Notes: generated by a model from the sequence alone, not told the origin. A DNA stretch of 64,000 nucleotides from Burkholderiaceae bacterium (GCA_040400125.1 JBBAQV010000001.1:5956-69955); one strand, 5' to 3'. Numbered from the stretch's first letter, positions 38,236 to 55,638 are shown. Numbers and translations: made by a program.

Positions 38236-39312
38236 TCAGGACAACTTTGAAATTGTTGCGGCGCACACAGCCTCAGTCACCTGACGAGTGGTGGCTTGGC
38301 CGCCAAGATCACGGGTGTGGTGTTGCGGATTGGCCGTGACTAACTCAATGGCAGACATCAATGCTTTGGCGGCGCGATCTTCACCAAGGTGTTCAAGCAG
38401 CATCACCACGGACCAGAAGGTGCCGATGGGGTTAGCCAGGCCTTTACCCATGATGTCGAAAGCGGAGCCATGAATGGGTTCAAACATGGATGGGTATCGA
38501 CGCTCCGGGTCAATGTTGCCGGTGGGGGCAATGCCCAGGCTGCCCGCCAGCGCGGCGGCAAGATCGCTCAGGATGTCGGCATGAAGGTTGGTGGCCACAA
38601 TGGTGTCGAGTGTGGCGGGTCGGTTCACCATTCGTGCGGTGGCTGCATCAACAAGCTCTTTGTCCCAACGCACATCGGGGAAGTCCTTGGCCACTTCATT
38701 CGCGATTTCATCCCACATGACCATGGCATGGCGTTGGGCATTGGACTTAGTCACCACGGTGAGTTGTTTGCGCGGACGTGACTGGGCCAGTTTGAAGGCG
38801 TAACGAATGATGCGCTCGGCGCCCACGCGCGTCATGATGGAAAGGTCTGTGGCGACCTCAATAGGATGCCCTTGATGGGCCCTGCCGCCAACGCCTGAAT
38901 ATTCGCCCTCTGAGTTTTCGCGAACAATCACCCAGTCAAGGTCGTTGGGGCCACAGCGCTTGAGTGGTCCATCAATGCCAGGAAGAATTCGCGTGGGGCG
39001 AACATTGGCGTACTGATCAAACCCCTGGCAGATTTTTAGACGCAGCCCCCAGAGCGTGATGTGATCTGGGATATGCGGGTCACCTGCTGAACCGAAGAGA
39101 ATCGCATCGGCATGTCGAATGGCGTTGAGGCCATCGGCCGGCATCATCACACCATGTTGTCGGTAGTAATCACCGCCCCAATCAAAGCTCTGAAATTGGA
39201 AGGCAAAGCCGGGCTTGGTCGAGGCGATCGCCTCCAAGACCTGCTGACCTGCGGGCACCACTTCCTTCCCAATTCCGTCTCCGGGAATACATGCAATCTG
39301 ATAGGTTTTCAT
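38236..39312 (-). CDS. Tartrate/D-malate dehydrogenase (decarboxylating; TtuC/DmlA family)
   Basis: IPGDGIGKEV, PDHITLWGL, RENSEGEY, TKSNAQRH, SMFEPIHGSAFDI. Confidence 0.9.
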   Translation of the reverse strand: MKTYQIACIPGDGIGKEVVPAGQQVLEAIASTKPGFAFQFQSFDWGGDYYRQHGVMMPADGLNAIRHADAILFGSAGDPHIPDHITLWGLRLKICQGFDQYANVRPTRILPGIDGPLKRCGPNDLDWVIVRENSEGEYSGVGGRAHQGHPIEVATDLSIMTRVGAERIIRYAFKLAQSRPRKQLTVVTKSNAQRHAMVMWDEIANEVAKDFPDVRWDKELVDAATARMVNRPATLDTIVATNLHADILSDLAAALAGSLGIAPTGNIDPERRYPSMFEPIHGSAFDIMGKGLANPIGTFWSVVMLLEHLGEDRAAKALMSAIELVTANPQHHTRDLGGQATTRQVTEAVCAATISKLS

Positions 39313-39374
39313 AGCGTCCTTTTCGATAAAGACGCTATTTTAGCGACGGAAATTTACGGAACTTCGTATTGCAG

Positions 39375-40592
39375 CTAGGGACGCCTTGGCATTCGCCAAG
39401 GAAGCATCAGTCGGGTGATGGCGTTGTCGAGCCTTGGCACATTGAGCGTCTCATGCATGCTGATCACGGGTTCTTGCAGAAGCCCCGACCGCAGCACTGA
39501 GCGAATGTAAAAGGGCGTGTCTTCAAGGGTTTGAAGAACTTGTACAGGATGACTTTCATCACTGCGAATCGTGCGATTCACCCGCCACAGACCCAGCGGA
39601 AGGCTCTGACGCTCCGGGGCTTCGAATGAGTCAATACGGCCGTCGGGTTGAAAACGAAGCGCAAGGAGCCGATCGCTTCCAAACTTCTGCCGTACATCAT
39701 AGAGAACGCCAACGCTGCCATCTTGGAACTGAGCCCGAGACCAGTCCCATTCTTGGAATCGATGGCTGATGGGTTCACTGCCCTCGTTGCTGTCAAGGTA
39801 GGCATGGCCCTTCCATGTCAGGCTGGGCTGCTCGAGTTCAACTTCAACCCGGGCGGATGGTGCAAGCGGGCCCCAGTGATGCCGGCGCAGGTCGTCCAGG
39901 GGTGTGACAAAGTTAAATAGCTGATCGGGGAAGAGTCGGATCACGCCCCGAATTTTCTGCGGGATGGGTACTGACCATTCATGGAGATCAAGTTCAAGAT
40001 GTTGGCCGGTCCATCGAATCTGGCTTGGCCCCACACGAAAATGTTGTGAATCACGTGAGATATGCCTGGCGCCGCGCTCGGTCATTGACCAGCGACGCAC
40101 GCCACGGCCATAGATGGCAACGTTGATAGCACAGTGGTTTTCAGGGTTGGTGTTGGGGTCTTGCTGTCTTGCCCAGTAGTAGTAAGGCGAAAACACGCTG
40201 CCAACAAAGGCAATCACCGTCAGGCCATACTGGCCATCATCACTTAAGGCGTCGACATACCACCAGAGATAACCACCCGGCCCGACTGCTTGGTCAAACC
40301 GAGGTGAGCCATCAGGGTTGCGGCCGCCAATCGGCCCGACATGGCTGCCATGGGAACCCCCGGGCCCGGATGCACCGAGCCGCCCGCCAGGTAAAGGCCC
40401 GGAATTCGACTCGCTGAGGATTGCCGGGCAAACGCGCTCATCCAGCCGTGGGTGGCGTGGCCATAAAGCGCCCCACCCGTTGCCGGGAATCGCCGATGAA
40501 AAGATGCCGGGGTGGTGGTCACGGTATTGTGGGGTTGATGGTCGATGGAAAAACCGCATCGCTCCATCAGGGAGAAGCTCGCTTGCGTGCAT
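39375..40592 (-). CDS. crtC: Hydroxyneurosporene synthase (carotenoid 1,2-hydratase)
   Basis: GGYLWWYVDALSDDG, FVGSVFSPYY, RWSMTERG, EDTPFY, LPWRMPR. The start is uncertain (ATG 40592 or 40559, both inside crtD). Confidence 0.93.
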   Translation of the reverse strand: MHASELLPDGAMRFFHRPSTPQYRDHHPGIFSSAIPGNGWGALWPRHPRLDERVCPAILSESNSGPLPGGRLGASGPGGSHGSHVGPIGGRNPDGSPRFDQAVGPGGYLWWYVDALSDDGQYGLTVIAFVGSVFSPYYYWARQQDPNTNPENHCAINVAIYGRGVRRWSMTERGARHISRDSQHFRVGPSQIRWTGQHLELDLHEWSVPIPQKIRGVIRLFPDQLFNFVTPLDDLRRHHWGPLAPSARVEVELEQPSLTWKGHAYLDSNEGSEPISHRFQEWDWSRAQFQDGSVGVLYDVRQKFGSDRLLALRFQPDGRIDSFEAPERQSLPLGLWRVNRTIRSDESHPVQVLQTLEDTPFYIRSVLRSGLLQEPVISMHETLNVPRLDNAITRLMLPWRMPRRP

Positions 40593-41830
40593 GCCTCAAT
40601 CTCCGAGGGTTGAAAGGATTGACGATCACCGGTGGCCGGTGCGTTGATCAGAAGTAAAAGTCGTTCAGGCGTTTGGCCCGATAGGAAGTCGGTGGCGACC
40701 GCTGCCGGTGAATGCAGGCGGTCTTGGGCGCAGACATACACCGTGGGTTTTGCGGGCAGCCGATGTCGCTGAAAGATATCGTGGAATTCGGTGTCGTAAT
40801 CAGCGTTAAAAAACAGATTGTGATGCACCAAGGGAAAGCCGTGTGTCTTGGCGTGGATGGAGAGCGTCAGTGCGGACAACGATCGCTGCTTGAGATCGTC
40901 TCGCGGTGAGCCGAATGATGATGTAGTCCCACCTTCGTCACGAAGCTGAACATCACCCTGCCGCAGTGCGGACACGTCACCGTTGAAAATCACGTGTTCC
41001 GTCATGATGCGCTCGCCACTGGTCAGCTCGACACCGCTCACCTTGCCCTGGTTCATCAGAATGGATTGGCATTCGCTTTCGGTACGAATCACAGCGCCGT
41101 GTTGCTTGGCCAGTGTTGCGATGGCCTGGGCAAGCGCGCTCATTCCGCCTTCAATCACCCAGACCCCTTGCATCTCAACCTCTGCAATGAGCATGAGTGT
41201 TGCGGGTGCCGAGAGTGGCGACGAGCCGCAATAGGTGGCGTAACGGGAAAACAGCTGATGCAGCCTTGGATCTTGGAAATAGCGTCGTAGCGAACGCGAC
41301 AGGCTTTGGAACATTCCAAGATCCCACAGCACCTTGAGCCCTGAAAAGCCAATGTCCTGATGCATCGATGCAATCGTGGGGCGTTCGGATCGAATATAGG
41401 CCGCCTCGAGCGTGCGGTAGGTGGTCTGAGCTTGTCTGCAAAAACGAATGAAGCGATCAGCCTCCGCGGGACCGGCGAAGTCACGGATAGCCTGCGCTGA
41501 TTGGTCATGGCTTGCAAAGAGGTCAAGGCGCTCGTGCTTACTCCATGCGTGGCGGGCAAGAATTTCTGCGCGATGAATGGTGAGCTCTTCTTGAAGCCTG
41601 GTGCCTGCTTTTTCAAAGAGGGCATCAAACACCCAGCGCATGGTGAATACGGTGGGTCCGGAATCAACATCAGCGCCATTGACATGGACGGAGTAAAGCT
41701 TGCCGCCAACGGTTGCCTGCTTTTCCAGCAAGGTCACCTCAACTCCGGCAATGGCGAGCTCCAGTGCGCTCACAAGGCCAGCAATGCCTCCGCCGACAAT
41801 CACCACGGGCGAGCGATGGGCGTTAGCCAA
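40244..41830 (-). CDS. crtD: 1-hydroxycarotenoid 3,4-desaturase
   Basis: VIVGGGIAGL, DSGPTVFTM, RYATYCGSSP, GGSVHPGPGVPMAAMSG. Probable TTG start at 41830, overlapping the end of crtA. Confidence 0.95.
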   Translation of the reverse strand: MANAHRSPVVIVGGGIAGLVSALELAIAGVEVTLLEKQATVGGKLYSVHVNGADVDSGPTVFTMRWVFDALFEKAGTRLQEELTIHRAEILARHAWSKHERLDLFASHDQSAQAIRDFAGPAEADRFIRFCRQAQTTYRTLEAAYIRSERPTIASMHQDIGFSGLKVLWDLGMFQSLSRSLRRYFQDPRLHQLFSRYATYCGSSPLSAPATLMLIAEVEMQGVWVIEGGMSALAQAIATLAKQHGAVIRTESECQSILMNQGKVSGVELTSGERIMTEHVIFNGDVSALRQGDVQLRDEGGTTSSFGSPRDDLKQRSLSALTLSIHAKTHGFPLVHHNLFFNADYDTEFHDIFQRHRLPAKPTVYVCAQDRLHSPAAVATDFLSGQTPERLLLLINAPATGDRQSFQPSEIEACTQASFSLMERCGFSIDHQPHNTVTTTPASFHRRFPATGGALYGHATHGWMSAFARQSSASRIPGLYLAGGSVHPGPGVPMAAMSGRLAAATLMAHLGLTKQSGRVVISGGMSTP

Positions 41831-42500
41831 AGCGTTGCCCCTTCCAGGTGCCCGCCATTTCGCTTGGAACAAAGCGAACGAACATCGATTCCGAAAAGTG
41901 GCCTCCCGCGTAGGAAGCTTGGATGGCTTGAAGGTGAGCACCGGAACGGGCGTAGGCATCCATCGCGTCGGTGCTCTCCCAGATGGTGAAGGTGGCCTGT
42001 CTCAGCAATGGCGCCTCGCCAAGCCCAGCAGCAAGCAGGCAGCCTTTCGCATGGCTGAGCGCCTCTTCGGCAGGGGGTGAGTTCTTCCAAAACGCGGATG
42101 CTTTAGAAATCTTGATGGAGGCTCGAGTGAGCGCTGCAATGGGCCCTTGGGAGGGCGCTTCGGTAGCTACGGGAAGTTCAATCCCCGACCATTGGCCACG
42201 ACTTGAATAGGGGGTCAGGATGGCACAAAAGAACTCTTGGCTTCGGGCGCGCAGATTGTTCACCACCGAGGATTGCTTCAAGAAATCTTGCGCCTGGGTG
42301 GCTTGATCAAAAAGACAAAAAAGGCCTTGATGCGTGGGGCTGGGCTTAAGCCCAAAACCGCCTTGATCGCCACTACCAAGAATCTTGAAGAAACGCAGGC
42401 CAGGGATGTTGCGCATCCAGAAGCGTCCAATGACAAACCTGGAAAAGCCCCAGAATTTTTCGCTAGGCTTGATGTCGACTAAAACGATGACCGCAATCAT
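41823..42500 (-). CDS. crtA: Spheroidene monooxygenase
   Basis: FFKILGSG..GGF, ALTRASI, GLGEAPLLRQATFTIW, ESMFVRF. Confidence 0.92.
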   Translation of the reverse strand: MIAVIVLVDIKPSEKFWGFSRFVIGRFWMRNIPGLRFFKILGSGDQGGFGLKPSPTHQGLFCLFDQATQAQDFLKQSSVVNNLRARSQEFFCAILTPYSSRGQWSGIELPVATEAPSQGPIAALTRASIKISKASAFWKNSPPAEEALSHAKGCLLAAGLGEAPLLRQATFTIWESTDAMDAYARSGAHLQAIQASYAGGHFSESMFVRFVPSEMAGTWKGQRFG

Positions 42501-42522
42501 CGTTTGAGTTTAAACGATGGGG

Positions 42523-43926
42523 TTATTTTTTACTGCGGTCAGTGACCTCGCCGATGTTGTAGCGGCGAAGTTTCACATAAAGACTCTGGCGCGAAAGCCC
42601 CAGCATCTCAGCAGCCGAGGCTCGGTTGTCTCGGGTAAGCCGAAGTGCGGCTTCAATGCAGAGTTTTTCAATCAGATCGGCGGTTTCGCTCACGATCTCT
42701 TGCAGGGGCACGCGCCCGACGAGCTCAACCAGCTGATCGGCGGAGCGAGGAAGTTGATGCAATGAGGGGCGCTCTGTCCCGAGTCGTCGACCTACGTCTC
42801 GAACACTAAACCCAAGGCAGGGCAGGGGTCCGCTCTTTACGGAGACCCCAGAAATTTCCACCTGCAGCTCTCCGCCGTTGGTGCCGTGGAGCATGGTGGC
42901 AAAAAGGCGCACGGCACCACGCTGCTGGATGTTGGCAATCAAGACATTCAGGTCCACATCGGCCCGGCCAAGAAGATCACTCAGATTTCGACCCACCAGC
43001 TGCTCGGTTTTGGTGAGCTGTGCCATTTCGACAAAGGCGTGGTTGCAGGTCAGGATTTTTCCGTTTGGATCCGACACCACAAAACCATCTGGCGAGTGCT
43101 CAAGCACTTCCATCATGATGGAGTGCTGAGGGTCTTGGGTCGCGGATCCGCCTTGTGCTGAGGGAGAGAGACGAACTAAGAAAAGCGCGCCATTTTCTTG
43201 ACGAAAGAGCGAGGCAGAAATGGTCATCATTCCTGCCGCTGAGGATGGGGCAAGTGTGCGAAGGTCGGGATCACCTGAGGCACGAACGCCATTGAGGAGC
43301 TCATCCACGGTTCCGCGGTCATCGGATGGCATCACCTCAATGACCGTCTTGCCAATCAGTTTCTTTGCCTGGATGCCTAAAAGCTTGGCCGAGGCCGGGT
43401 TGGCTTCAACAATTTTGAGCGTTTTTGAATCGGCGATCAGGATGGCTTCGGCGGCGAGTTCAAAGAGCAGCCGATAGCGCGTCTCCATGTGGCGCATGCG
43501 AAGGTAGTCGCGCTCCATGGCTTGATGGGCTTCGACCAGACGCTGCTGCAAGGACGCCATGCTGCGAAGGTCCCGTCCGAAGGCAATGACATCGCCCTGC
43601 TTTCCCACCTGAATGGCGGAGCAGAGAATGGGCACGTCCGCGCCCTGCGTGGACGGGTAATTGATGTGCCGCCAACGCGCGGCGGATTTCCCATTGGCTT
43701 CCTGAAGAAGTTCTTCTACCTTCACCTTGCTTTCGCTTGTCACCAGGCCAGTCCAGGATCGGCCAACCCAGCCCGCGGTCTCGCCAAGTGGTATCTGGGG
43801 ATTATTCAAGGTGACCTCGCGAATCACGCCCTTGGCGTCGAGCACGATGGCAATGTCAGCCGCGGCGGCAAGAACGCCTGCTGCCGAAGCGGTGTCCATC
43901 GTGGCGAGGAGTGGGCTAGTTTGCAC
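42523..43926 (-). CDS. ppsR: Photosynthesis gene repressor PpsR/CrtJ
   Basis: PAS domains, Q-linker (QQRLVEAHQAMERDY), HTH 'IEKLCIEAAL..T.DNRASAAEMLGLSRQSLYVKLRRY' retaining the redox Cys. Confidence 0.97.
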   Translation of the reverse strand: MQTSPLLATMDTASAAGVLAAAADIAIVLDAKGVIREVTLNNPQIPLGETAGWVGRSWTGLVTSESKVKVEELLQEANGKSAARWRHINYPSTQGADVPILCSAIQVGKQGDVIAFGRDLRSMASLQQRLVEAHQAMERDYLRMRHMETRYRLLFELAAEAILIADSKTLKIVEANPASAKLLGIQAKKLIGKTVIEVMPSDDRGTVDELLNGVRASGDPDLRTLAPSSAAGMMTISASLFRQENGALFLVRLSPSAQGGSATQDPQHSIMMEVLEHSPDGFVVSDPNGKILTCNHAFVEMAQLTKTEQLVGRNLSDLLGRADVDLNVLIANIQQRGAVRLFATMLHGTNGGELQVEISGVSVKSGPLPCLGFSVRDVGRRLGTERPSLHQLPRSADQLVELVGRVPLQEIVSETADLIEKLCIEAALRLTRDNRASAAEMLGLSRQSLYVKLRRYNIGEVTDRSKK

Positions 43927-44866
43927 GCGAGGGGCCTTTGGTCATCATCTGACTGTATTGTTGATGTGTGGCGACGATGCTCTCGGCTTCGCCAATCGCG
44001 TGTTCTGCGTCGGTGGCGAAGGCGTCTGCACCAATATGGGCAACGAGCTCGGGGTTCTTGACAACAAGAGGCCCTCCGACCATCACGATCAGACCGTGGT
44101 TTTTTGAGGCACGCCGAAGTTCGGTAATGAAGTCTGCAAGGCCAATCAGCTGGGGCTCAGAGCCAATGGAAATGCCGGCAATGTCAAACCATTCATCCTG
44201 CACGGCTTCGAGCAGTCGGTCACGGCTGGCCGTGGGCTCGCCCCAGACATTCCATCCTGCGCGTCGAAAGAATTCCGCAACCATCAAGATGCCAAGCGTG
44301 TGCTGTGAGCCGGGCACCGGCATGAGCATGATTTTGCGGCGATGCCGACTCTCTTGGTCTTCGCTGCGAAAGACCGGGCTCAGGTCATACATGACCTGCT
44401 GCATGCGCCAGAGTGCAATGGTCACCTGGGTGAAATCACATTCATCAGCGGTCCACATGGCGTCAAGCTGTCGTGCGGCGGGAGTCAGCAGGTCCAGGTA
44501 GACGCTTTGAAGGGGCACTCCGCGAGCGATCAGGTCAAGGATGTGCTGCTGGCAAACCATTGACTCTTCATGAAGCGCCAGTTTCAGAAATGCCTGGACG
44601 TCGGCAGGCTGAACTTTTGAGTCAGCATTTTCCGTGGGGTTGGATTTGGCCTCGTCGTGATGAGCGGCAAGGAGGCGCGGAATGATTTCCGCTTCGATGG
44701 TCTTAACCAGCCAGTCCATGTGTTCCTCCGGATGCTGGCTGGCAGGTGTCTGCGCAAACCCTCGATTTGTAGTGTCCCGATTTTCTCGGCTCAGAACCGG
44801 TTTGGATTCCCAGCAGGGATCCTCGTCGGGCCGATCTTTTGGTTGCGGATCTGGATTTTGGGACAT
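43916..44866 (-). CDS. ppaA: Cobalamin-binding antirepressor PpaA/AerR
   Basis: IEAEIIPRL, W..DECDF.QVT, PGSQHTLG B12-binding motif, VMVGG. Directly upstream of ppsR and divergent from bchF. Confidence 0.9.
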   Translation of the reverse strand: MSQNPDPQPKDRPDEDPCWESKPVLSRENRDTTNRGFAQTPASQHPEEHMDWLVKTIEAEIIPRLLAAHHDEAKSNPTENADSKVQPADVQAFLKLALHEESMVCQQHILDLIARGVPLQSVYLDLLTPAARQLDAMWTADECDFTQVTIALWRMQQVMYDLSPVFRSEDQESRHRRKIMLMPVPGSQHTLGILMVAEFFRRAGWNVWGEPTASRDRLLEAVQDEWFDIAGISIGSEPQLIGLADFITELRRASKNHGLIVMVGGPLVVKNPELVAHIGADAFATDAEHAIGEAESIVATHQQYSQMMTKGPSRAN

Positions 44867-45084
44867 GCCGATCAGATTCTGATTCTTTGCCTAACAATGG
44901 CTTAAGAAGTCTATCGAATTTTAAATGTGAGCATTTACTAATCATCATCATCGGTCTCTCAAAAAATCGCCGACGAGACCGAGAAAGCTGACAACCACCC
45001 TCTTGTTGTAAGGGCTCGTCCCGGACTTGTCAAAACAGGTTCTTCGAGTATCCCACCGAACCAAGGTTTGTCAAGGACAATTGA

Positions 45085-45125
45085 TGTCAAATAAAGTTGA
45101 CAGTTGTGTGGTCGGGTTCTAGAGT
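45085..45125 (+). promoter_or_regulatory. PpsR operator overlapping the sigma70-type bchF promoter
   Basis: TGTCAAATAAAGTTGACA (45085-45102, perfect); TTGACA (45097) -N17- TAGAGT (45120). Confidence 0.9.
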
Positions 45126-45161
45126 GGTTTATGGAAAAACGGCATTTTTGGAGCAAATGTT

Positions 45162-53355
<8,194 letters not shown>

Positions 53356-53395
53356 TTCGCGCTCTCCAAAGACATCCATCGACCACAAGCCGACC

Positions 53396-54100
53396 ATGAA
53401 CCAGACAACTTATCTCAAGCAGCGCGATCGGATCGAGCATTACTTCGATCGAACTGCGGCCGAGACATGGGCTCGACTAACCTCGACGGCCCCGGTGAGT
53501 GGCGTGCGTGCCACCGTGCGCGCGGGTCGCGATCGTATGCGTGCCACGCTCTTGTCTTGGCTTCCCCAAGATCTCCGCGGTTATCGGCTTCTTGATGCGG
53601 GCTGCGGTACAGGGGCTCTTGCGGTGGAGGCGGCCTTGCGGGGCGCCCAGGTGGTGGCCGTTGATCTCTCGCCAACGTTGGTGAATCTAGCGCGCGAGCG
53701 GTCACCCAGTCAGTTTGAAGCGGGCAGCATTGAATTCCGTTCGGGCGATATGTTTGACCCCGCACTGGGTGAGTTTGATTTCGTGGTGGGTATGGACTCT
53801 CTCATTCATTACGCGCCCCACGATGTGGTGTCGGTGCTTTCGGGCTTCGCCTCACGCACCCGTCATTCCATTCTCTTCACCTTTCCGCCAAGCAACCCTG
53901 CATTGGCGCTGATGATCACCGTGGGTAAACTCTTCCCCCGCCGGGATCGGGCACCGTTTATTCAGCCGGTGGGTCATGCCAAGCTTAGTCGGCTGATCTC
54001 CAGCAATGCAGGCCTTAAGGCATTCGAAGAAATTCAATCGCAGAGGGTTTCAAGTGGCTTTTACACCTCGCAGGCCATGGAGCTTCGGAGACGGACATGA
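53396..54100 (+). CDS. bchM: Mg-protoporphyrin IX methyltransferase
   Basis: YFDRTAA..W, LDAGCGTG, MDSLIHY, SGFYTSQAMEL. Confidence 0.97.
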   Translation: MNQTTYLKQRDRIEHYFDRTAAETWARLTSTAPVSGVRATVRAGRDRMRATLLSWLPQDLRGYRLLDAGCGTGALAVEAALRGAQVVAVDLSPTLVNLARERSPSQFEAGSIEFRSGDMFDPALGEFDFVVGMDSLIHYAPHDVVSVLSGFASRTRHSILFTFPPSNPALALMITVGKLFPRRDRAPFIQPVGHAKLSRLISSNAGLKAFEEIQSQRVSSGFYTSQAMELRRRT

Positions 54101-55638
54101 GCACGAAGCCCAAGACCATTGCCTGGCAGAAATGGACGCGCATCAGCCCAAGGCTTTTGCCTTTCGCTGACATTGCCACCCGTGAACTTCCCTTACGTCG
54201 GCTGTTTCAACTCTCTTTGTTTCAGGTTTCGGTGGGCATGGCCACTGCCTTACTGATTGGCACCTTGAATCGCGTCATGATTGTTGAGTTGGGCGTTGGC
54301 GCATGGCTGGTTTCGATCATGGTGGCACTGCCTTTGCTCTTTGCCCCTTTCCGTGCGCTGGTGGGCTTTAAATCCGACACCCATCGATCAGTGCTTGGCT
54401 GGCGGCGGGTGCCCTACATCTGGCTGGGCACGCTTTTTCAGTTCAGCGGGCTTTCGATCATGCCCTTCGCCTTAATTTTGCTGTCGGGCGACAGCCACTG
54501 GCCTGCCTGGGTGGGACATCTGTCATGTGGCCTTGCCTTTCTTTTGGTGGGTATCGGTCTTCAGACCACCCAGACCGCTGGCCTGGCCTTGGCCACCGAC
54601 ATCGCCCCGGAGGCATCGCGGCCGCAGGTGGTCGCGATGATGTACAGCATGCTTCTTATCGGCATGGTCGCCAGTGGCCTTGCCTTTGGTGTTTTGTTGG
54701 CGGACTTTAGTCAGATCGTTTTGATCAAGGTTATTCAGGGTGCTGCGGGGGTGACCGCCGTGCTCAACATCATTGCGCTTTGGAAACAAGAAGCTCGCAA
54801 TCCTCAACGCACCTCGGCGAAGATTCCCCGCCCCAATTTTCGTGAGACCTGGCAGCAATTTTCGAAGCGCCCGAACACCCTTCGGTTTTTTGTGGCCCTT
54901 GCTCTGGGCACCTCGGCTTTCAGCATGCAAGACATCATTCTTGAGCCTTACGGTGGCGAGATTCTTGGCCTTTCGGTGTCGGCCACCACCATGCTCACCG
55001 CTTTGATGGCCACGGGAGCGCTTCTGGCGTTCACGCTTTCTGCCCGTTGGCTAAGCCGAGGATTTAATCCGTACCGGCTGGCCGCGCTTGGCGCATTGAT
55101 GGGGCTCTTGGCCTTCTCATGTGTGATTTTTTCTGAGCCTTTACATTCGGCCAATCTCTTTCGACTGGGCGCATGCCTGATTGGCTTTGGGGGCGGGTTG
55201 TTTTCGGTGGGAACACTCACCGCGGCCATGGCGATGGAAACACCAAGAGATGCGGTGGCGGAGGCAGCAACGGGCGCAGCGACTGCAGCCGCAACAACGA
55301 ACGCTGACACCGATGGCGCCCATCGTGCCGAAGACTCCTTCGGCACCGCAGGAATGATTCTTGGCGCCTGGGGGGCTGTGGTTGCCACAGCCACGGGCGT
55401 CTCGATGGCGCTCGGTGGTGTGATCCGTGATCTCGTCACCACCATCGCCGTGCAGGGGCAGATTGGTGATGCGCTGGTGAATCCTGCGACCGGCTATAGC
55501 TTTGTGTACCACCTCGAGTTGTATTTGATGTTAGCCACGCTGATCGCGATTGGCCCATTGGTGCGCTTGTCTTCACGCACACCCATGGGTTCATCAACGT
55601 CGGTTTCGAAGTTTGGTCTTGCCGAATTCCCCGGCTGA
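54097..55638 (+). CDS. lhaA: LH1 assembly factor LhaA (BCD/PucC family)
   Basis: LPFAD.AT.ELPL.RL.QLSLFQVSVG, GTLNRVMIVEL, FGLAEFPG; lies between bchM and puhA. Confidence 0.95.
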   Translation: MSTKPKTIAWQKWTRISPRLLPFADIATRELPLRRLFQLSLFQVSVGMATALLIGTLNRVMIVELGVGAWLVSIMVALPLLFAPFRALVGFKSDTHRSVLGWRRVPYIWLGTLFQFSGLSIMPFALILLSGDSHWPAWVGHLSCGLAFLLVGIGLQTTQTAGLALATDIAPEASRPQVVAMMYSMLLIGMVASGLAFGVLLADFSQIVLIKVIQGAAGVTAVLNIIALWKQEARNPQRTSAKIPRPNFRETWQQFSKRPNTLRFFVALALGTSAFSMQDIILEPYGGEILGLSVSATTMLTALMATGALLAFTLSARWLSRGFNPYRLAALGALMGLLAFSCVIFSEPLHSANLFRLGACLIGFGGGLFSVGTLTAAMAMETPRDAVAEAATGAATAAATTNADTDGAHRAEDSFGTAGMILGAWGAVVATATGVSMALGGVIRDLVTTIAVQGQIGDALVNPATGYSFVYHLELYLMLATLIAIGPLVRLSSRTPMGSSTSVSKFGLAEFPG

